Virus record (IMG/VR): IMGVR_UViG_3300015607_004593
Coordinates: 1 to 64,000 of that record
Length of the DNA stretch: 64,000 nt
From: a virus
Taxonomy: Duplodnaviria > Caudoviricetes
Direction: 5' to 3' (one strand)
Below the pieces are notes generated by a model. The model made no database searches. It was given only the letters and a program-made list of their open reading frames with translations, and was not told the origin of the DNA. The translations under genes were made by a program, and so were the position numbers. Shown piece after piece: positions 59,407 through 64,000 of the stretch (position 1 is the first letter of the stretch; each line of letters starts with the position of its first letter).

Positions 59407-60272
59407 TTAAGGCTTATCAATAACTCCACGCCCATTGCAATGAGGACAATTAATCAAAGGTCTATTAATAATTCCCATCAATTCATCTAAAAACTCCTGA
59501 ACCTTATTTTTTAAATCTTCAAATGACTTTCCCGTGATAGGTTGTATCACTGGATAGTTTTGATAGGCTTTAGGTGCCATCTTAAAAATTTCAACATCCC
59601 TAGTGTCAATAATGTTGTTATTTACATGACAACCATCATTGTCATTCTTATTAAAACTTGGAATGTGTTTCTTAACAGCAAAACAAAAATCATAATCTGA
59701 AGAAACAAAAGCAACTGATTTATCAATATGAGTTTTGATGTATTCTCTAGTATGATTAAACATCCACAATGAATCAAGAGTAGATGATGTATCTTGTAAC
59801 AAATCAGGATTTGTTATTATTTCATCTATAAGATTATGCTTGATGTTTTGAAAAGGAGCTTTTACAAAATTCCAATCTGTTTCTTTTGTTGCAATACATT
59901 CAATACTAAATTCCTCTTCTTTAAAATTTTCAGGAATGATTTCATAAACAGGCTCATAAAGGTTGAAAAGAGGATGTTCAAAATCATATTCTGTATCATT
60001 TTCATAACACCACTTTTCAAAAAAATCAGATGCTAATGTCTTAAAGGTATAGATTCAGATGGTGTATAATCATCATTCAAAGTATAAGAAATAATAATAC
60101 TTTGTTTAAAAATAATTTATTCTACTTTCTTAGGTATAGAAGATACTTTAACCCAATTATGCTTAAATGTTTCTTCAGGTTGTTGTCCATCAAATAGAAG
60201 ATTACTTAAAGGAATAAATTTAGTATTATTCTTAGAATAAGAAAGAAAAACAGATGAATGGGTATAAATCAT
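59407..60272 (-). pseudogene. Disrupted phage gene (in-frame stop near 60118, frameshift near 60045)
   Basis: Frame of 59407..59802 is open to about 60054; the upstream frame reads LLFDGQQPEETFKHNWVKVSSIPKKVE*IIFKQSIIISYTLND; C-terminal CPHCNGRG. Confidence 0.65.
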
Positions 60273-60294
60273 ATCAAAATAAAGCATGAAAAAA

Positions 60295-60453
60295 TTAAAC
60301 CTCTTTGTTTGTTTGCATTAAAAACTTTTTTTCTTACTTTCTTTTAAAAATTTTCTTAATCTTTTTCTTAAAAAGAAAAAAGATAAATCTAGGAAAGTAA
60401 ACGATTAAAAAATAGATAACTACTAAGAAAATTAACCAATCAATAATTATCAT
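60295..60453 (-). CDS. 52-aa membrane protein (not in ORF track)
   Basis: MIIIDWLIFLVVIYFLIVYFPRFIFFLFKKKIKK... Confidence 0.5.
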
Positions 60454-60493
60454 AGGGAATTTATAATCCTAAGTTAAGTTAGATAAAATTTTT

Positions 60494-60799
60494 CTACAGG
60501 AAACTATTTTTAGAAATAATAAAATTAATTTTTTCATCTAGTTCTTTTCTTATATCAGGAGGGTAAATATCAACGAATAATTCATGTATAGTACTTTTAA
60601 TCTTTTTTTCAGACCATCCTGCTTTTAAAGCATCTTGAGTAAAATGAACCCATGATATAACAAAATTATATTTTTGCGTAATATCATAAATGACTTGAAG
60701 GGGTAAACCATAAGTATCATAAAGTAAAAAAATATTAGAAATTACATTAAACCCTTCTTTTGTTTTCCCAACTACATCAAAATTAAATTTCTTTTTCAT
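60494..60799 (-). CDS. Stand-alone AlaRS-fragment-like protein
   Basis: FLLYDTYGLPL matches the AlaRS F.LYDTYGFP motif. Confidence 0.65.
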   Translation of the reverse strand: MKKKFNFDVVGKTKEGFNVISNIFLLYDTYGLPLQVIYDITQKYNFVISWVHFTQDALKAGWSEKKIKSTIHELFVDIYPPDIRKELDEKINFIISKNSFL

Positions 60800-60868
60800 T
60801 TTTTTTCCTTTATAAAAAGAAAAGTCTATACATCTCTAAAAAGAGAATATATAGACCTTTTAAAGAAT

Positions 60869-60943
60869 TGGTAGGCGCGGATGGAATCGAACCATCTTAG
60901 CCGGATTAAAAGTCCGGTACTTCACCGAAAAAGTTTCACGCCC
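60869..60943 (-). tRNA. tRNA-Lys(UUU)
   Basis: Cloverleaf with CCGGA-CTTTTAA-TCCGG anticodon arm, GGTTCGATTCC, encoded CCA; atypical A8 and D-loop. Confidence 0.88.
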
Positions 60944-60948
60944 AAAAT

Positions 60949-61025
60949 TGGCGTCCCAGGAGAGATTTGAACTCCCGACCCACATCTTAGAAGGATGTTG
61001 CTCTATCCAACTGAGCTACTGGGAC
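60949..61025 (-). tRNA. tRNA-Arg(UCU)
   Basis: ACATC-CTTCTAA-GATGT arm, TAGCTCAGTTGGATAGAGC D arm, CCA. Confidence 0.96.
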
Positions 61026-61054
61026 AATTTTAATTTAAATTATTTATTTCAATT

Positions 61055-61131
61055 TGGTGGCCCTTGTAGGATTTGAACCTACAACCAAAGAATTATGAGT
61101 TCTCTGCTCTAACCACTTGAGCTAAAGGGCC
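61055..61131 (-). tRNA. tRNA with CAU anticodon, most likely tRNA-Ile2 (lysidine type)
   Basis: GGCCCTTTAGCTCAAGTGGTTAGAGC...CTCATAA...GGGCCACCA resembles proteobacterial ileX rather than Met tRNAs. Confidence 0.85.
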
Positions 61132-61180
61132 ATTCTTTTTTCATACTGTTTTTGTTCTTACATCAAAACAGTATGAAAAT

Positions 61181-61209
61181 ATTTTAAATCATCCCGATGA
61201 AAAAAGCAA
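61181..61209 (-). promoter_or_regulatory. Sigma70-type promoter for the tRNA cluster
   Basis: TTGCTT-N17-TAAAAT. Confidence 0.6.
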
Positions 61210-61238
61210 CCCCTTTTTAAACATTTTTCATTTTCCCC

Positions 61239-61502
61239 TCACTCCACATATTGAGCGCAAATAACCGGCGTTGTTTTTATCTTAGGTGCATTTCCTAGCA
61301 AAATAACTTCCGTTTCATGTGGATAAACCCAAAGATTAATCCACTCAGAATTTTGTTTACAATCTTCCTTTTCACTATAAATTCTAGAGATTGTTGGATG
61401 CGTTTTTCTTGCAACCTCTTCAGATTCAGCAATGACTTTAATAAAAATAAATCCACGTTGTGTGGGATTTTTTCTATTAACTTGCCACAAAAATAAATTC
61501 AC
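61239..61502 (-). CDS. Hypothetical phage protein
   Basis: VIAESEEVARKTHP motif; GAGG SD. Confidence 0.65.
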   Translation of the reverse strand: MNLFLWQVNRKNPTQRGFIFIKVIAESEEVARKTHPTISRIYSEKEDCKQNSEWINLWVYPHETEVILLGNAPKIKTTPVICAQYVE

Positions 61503-61532
61503 TTTTTTATCCTCTTAAAAAAGAAAAAAAGA

Positions 61533-62210
61533 TTAATCAAAAAGAAAAGAATCTATTTCTTCAGCAATCTCTTTAGGCTTAAGAATAAATTCTATACCTG
61601 TTCCTTTGATTTGAGGAGAAACATTTAAATCAATAGCTAATAGATTTCCAGATGAAGTTTCCTCAACAAAATCTATAGCTAAAAGAGGAAAAGAATTTCT
61701 TTCTTTCATGATTGAAGAAGAAAGGTCAAGGTAATAATGTTCAATTGGATTGAGAATTTGAATATCAACATTATCTCCACAATTTGATCTCCACTTGTCT
61801 GAAGATTGATAAGAAAGCCAAAAAATATGTTGTCCTATAAAAAGTAATCTTATTGAAATAGGAAAATCTCTAGGTTGAATAAACTCGGAAGCAAAGTGAT
61901 GATTAAATTCTTTAATATCATTTTCATTGGGGTAAACAAGTATTTTTCCTTCACCTTGATGAGAAGATTCATTAAGATAAATGACAAGTGGTGTTCCTTC
62001 TGGTAATTCTAATAATAAATCTTTAACTTTTCCAAACCTTGGAGTAAGAATATTTCTTTCTTTAAACCAAGTAAACATCTCACTTCTACTCATTCCACCG
62101 AAAGAGTTTCTTTGAAAGATATTATCTGTCTTTCGTCTCATTGGTCTGATAGAATCAATAAACCAATGGTCATAACAATCTCTAAAATCAGACTCAAGAA
62201 TTGCTCTCAT
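61533..62210 (-). CDS. ATP-grasp-like protein
   Basis: HQGEGK, ASEFI, AIDFV...AIDLNVSP. Confidence 0.65.
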   Translation of the reverse strand: MRAILESDFRDCYDHWFIDSIRPMRRKTDNIFQRNSFGGMSRSEMFTWFKERNILTPRFGKVKDLLLELPEGTPLVIYLNESSHQGEGKILVYPNENDIKEFNHHFASEFIQPRDFPISIRLLFIGQHIFWLSYQSSDKWRSNCGDNVDIQILNPIEHYYLDLSSSIMKERNSFPLLAIDFVEETSSGNLLAIDLNVSPQIKGTGIEFILKPKEIAEEIDSFLFD

Positions 62211-62237
62211 TGTAATAGATACTCCTCAAAAAATGAT

Positions 62238-62774
62238 TTAAGAAAACAACAAAGAATAAACTTTAGAAACATCACAAGCATCTACTTCCACAAAAGGAAT
62301 TGAAAACTCAAGCAAAATAGATTTTAATTCTTCATCTATCTTCTTTGCTTCTTCTTCCGTTTGCAATCTTCCACGTTGTTCATATATTTCATCTTTATTT
62401 CTTCTTAAAAAGAAATTAACATTATCAAACTCATGATAAGAAGAAATGATCATTTCTTCTGTTTTTTGTTTATCTGAAACATTATCAGGATAAAATCTAT
62501 TGTAATAGATTCCAAGAGCTATCGGTGAATCTGTAATAATGAAATCTACATGGTCTTTTAGAATAGAAATCTTTGAATATTGTTTCCTAGAAACATAATA
62601 TTGATTCTTTAATGTTTCATAATCCTTTTTCCAAACTAATGTCTTAGCGTATTCAGGAACAAATTCAGCAACATGTCCATTCATTTTTAATTTAGCAAAC
62701 AAAAGACATGAAGTGATGGTTTTTCCTATTCCCGGCCCACCAAAAAAATTAATGACTTTTGTTTTATGAGACAT
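62238..62774 (-). CDS. P-loop kinase (NadR/AAA_28-like)
   Basis: GGPGIGKT, PEYAK, ITDSP, GRLQ. Confidence 0.85.
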   Translation of the reverse strand: MSHKTKVINFFGGPGIGKTITSCLLFAKLKMNGHVAEFVPEYAKTLVWKKDYETLKNQYYVSRKQYSKISILKDHVDFIITDSPIALGIYYNRFYPDNVSDKQKTEEMIISSYHEFDNVNFFLRRNKDEIYEQRGRLQTEEEAKKIDEELKSILLEFSIPFVEVDACDVSKVYSLLFS

Positions 62775-62821
62775 CGAAATTTACTCCTCTTGATAAGTTT
62801 TAGTTGAAGTTAAAAAAGATT

Positions 62822-63634
62822 TTAGTCTAAAGAAAAGTATTCAGTAAAATCATCTTCACTCATCTTTGTCCAATCAGTAAAGATTGAAAGTTGAGGTTGT
62901 TTTTGAAGAATAAGTTTCCAATCTTCACCATTTAATTTATCCCAATTACATAATTCAGAAAATTGAGGTTGTTTTTGAAGAAGTATACACCAATCATAAC
63001 CACTTATACTCTCCCAATTTGAAAAGAAAGAAGAGAATTGAGGATTGTTGGAAAGAATATGCACCCAATGAATATCAGACAATGTTTCTTTTCTACAAAA
63101 AGGAAAGAAGTCAGGATGTGCTTTAAGTAGGTCAATCCAATAACATCCCTTTATTTGTTTCCAATTACAATAAACATTAAACTTAGGTTGTTTTATTAGA
63201 AGTTCAACCCAATGCCAAGGGTTTAATGTATCCCAATTGCAATGAATATGCAAATGAGGTTGTTCAGTTAATAATTTCAACCAATCAGAACCTTCAAAAT
63301 AATTCCAATGTTTGAATTTTTTACTTAGATGTGGTTGGTGTACAAATAACGTTGCATAATTTTCACCTACACCTATACTCCAAAAATCAGGGTTGTATTG
63401 TTCACATTGAACAATATATTGAGGTTTTTCAGAAAGCAACATTATCCAATTCCAATGAGAAAAATCTTTCCATGGGCAATTTTTCTCAAAAAGAGAATAA
63501 TCATTACAAAGACACCAAACTCTAAAATCTAAAGGCATCTCTTCAGTCAACAACATCTCTAAAGGTTTTTCTCCTTCTTCTTTAGAAGAAGAGGTAGAAT
63601 TTTCAAACAATTTTTGAAAGGTTGAATTAGTCAT
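62822..63634 (-). CDS. Trp-rich 24-aa repeat protein, divergent paralog (~8-9 repeats)
   Basis: EMPLDFRVWCL then W..L.G.DW..LL.KQPQFS..C repeats. Confidence 0.85.
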   Translation of the reverse strand: MTNSTFQKLFENSTSSSKEEGEKPLEMLLTEEMPLDFRVWCLCNDYSLFEKNCPWKDFSHWNWIMLLSEKPQYIVQCEQYNPDFWSIGVGENYATLFVHQPHLSKKFKHWNYFEGSDWLKLLTEQPHLHIHCNWDTLNPWHWVELLIKQPKFNVYCNWKQIKGCYWIDLLKAHPDFFPFCRKETLSDIHWVHILSNNPQFSSFFSNWESISGYDWCILLQKQPQFSELCNWDKLNGEDWKLILQKQPQLSIFTDWTKMSEDDFTEYFSLD

Positions 63635-63754
63635 AACAATTTATCCTCTTTCTTTCGTTTCTTTGTTTTTCAAACAATCATTGAATTTTAAAACCAAAAA
63701 AACCCTTAACTTATTTTATCATGAATAAGCTAAGGGCAATGGTTTCTCCAACTA

Positions 63755-63973
63755 TTACACAATCAAATCAAAAGTTTGATCGCGTTTCTTGATATTGCGC
63801 GAAACAGGATTAATCGGCTCTACTTTACAGAAAAGAAAAGATTCAAAAATCGTATCGGGTAGTTTCTCTTTTAAAAGCATCTCAAATACTAAAGGATTAC
63901 CATGATGCTGGTAAGTTACTTTGTATTTGAATTGTTTTTTAACAGCGGAACAACCTTCTTGGAGATTTTTCAT
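63755..63973 (-). CDS. Hypothetical protein
   Basis: ORF track. Confidence 0.55.
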   Translation of the reverse strand: MKNLQEGCSAVKKQFKYKVTYQHHGNPLVFEMLLKEKLPDTIFESFLFCKVEPINPVSRNIKKRDQTFDLIV

Positions 63974-64000
63974 CTTGAGTGGTTTACTCTTCAGGTTGGT

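Noticed and set aside
5988-63525. Other short ORFs nested in or antisense to long genes (e.g. 5988, 9573, 13478, 19538, 23968, 27118, 27563, 43581, 47667, 48194, 57582, 59836, 62112, 63331)
   Set aside because: Overlap well-supported genes; no motifs

Overview
A 64-kb, very AT-rich segment of a large T4-like myophage genome. Almost every gene is on the minus strand. Core T4-type genes: head module (gp23 MCP, gp22, gp21, gp67/68-like, gp20 portal), tail sheath gp18, gp46/gp47, late sigma gp55, helicase gp41, UvsX, a two-gene split DNA polymerase gp43, RegA and clamp loader gp62/gp44. Auxiliary genes include class II RNR NrdJ, dCMP deaminase, PyrE, QueE, two GH24 lysozymes, Alt-like ADP-ribosyltransferase, H-NS-like and ArfA-like proteins, and three tRNAs. 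Two systems stand out. (1) An elaborate protein-splicing complement. The terminase is present only as a middle piece with IntC-extein-(cis intein)-extein-IntN topology, implying three-piece trans-splicing. There is also an atypically split intein in gp46, cis inteins in NrdJ (three), UvsX and gp44, an orphan intein-methyltransferase half, and a free-standing, apparently catalytically dead Hint gene. (2) A family of at least seven paralogous proteins built from a 24-aa Trp-rich repeat with hypervariable positions and sequence evidence of repeat and gene shuffling. Other notable items: candidate capsid-packaged effector proteins, a ~170-bp dispersed non-coding repeat, a ~600-bp hairpin-rich non-coding region, and several ORFs missed by the ORF track. 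All calls are from reading motifs by eye; no database search was run.
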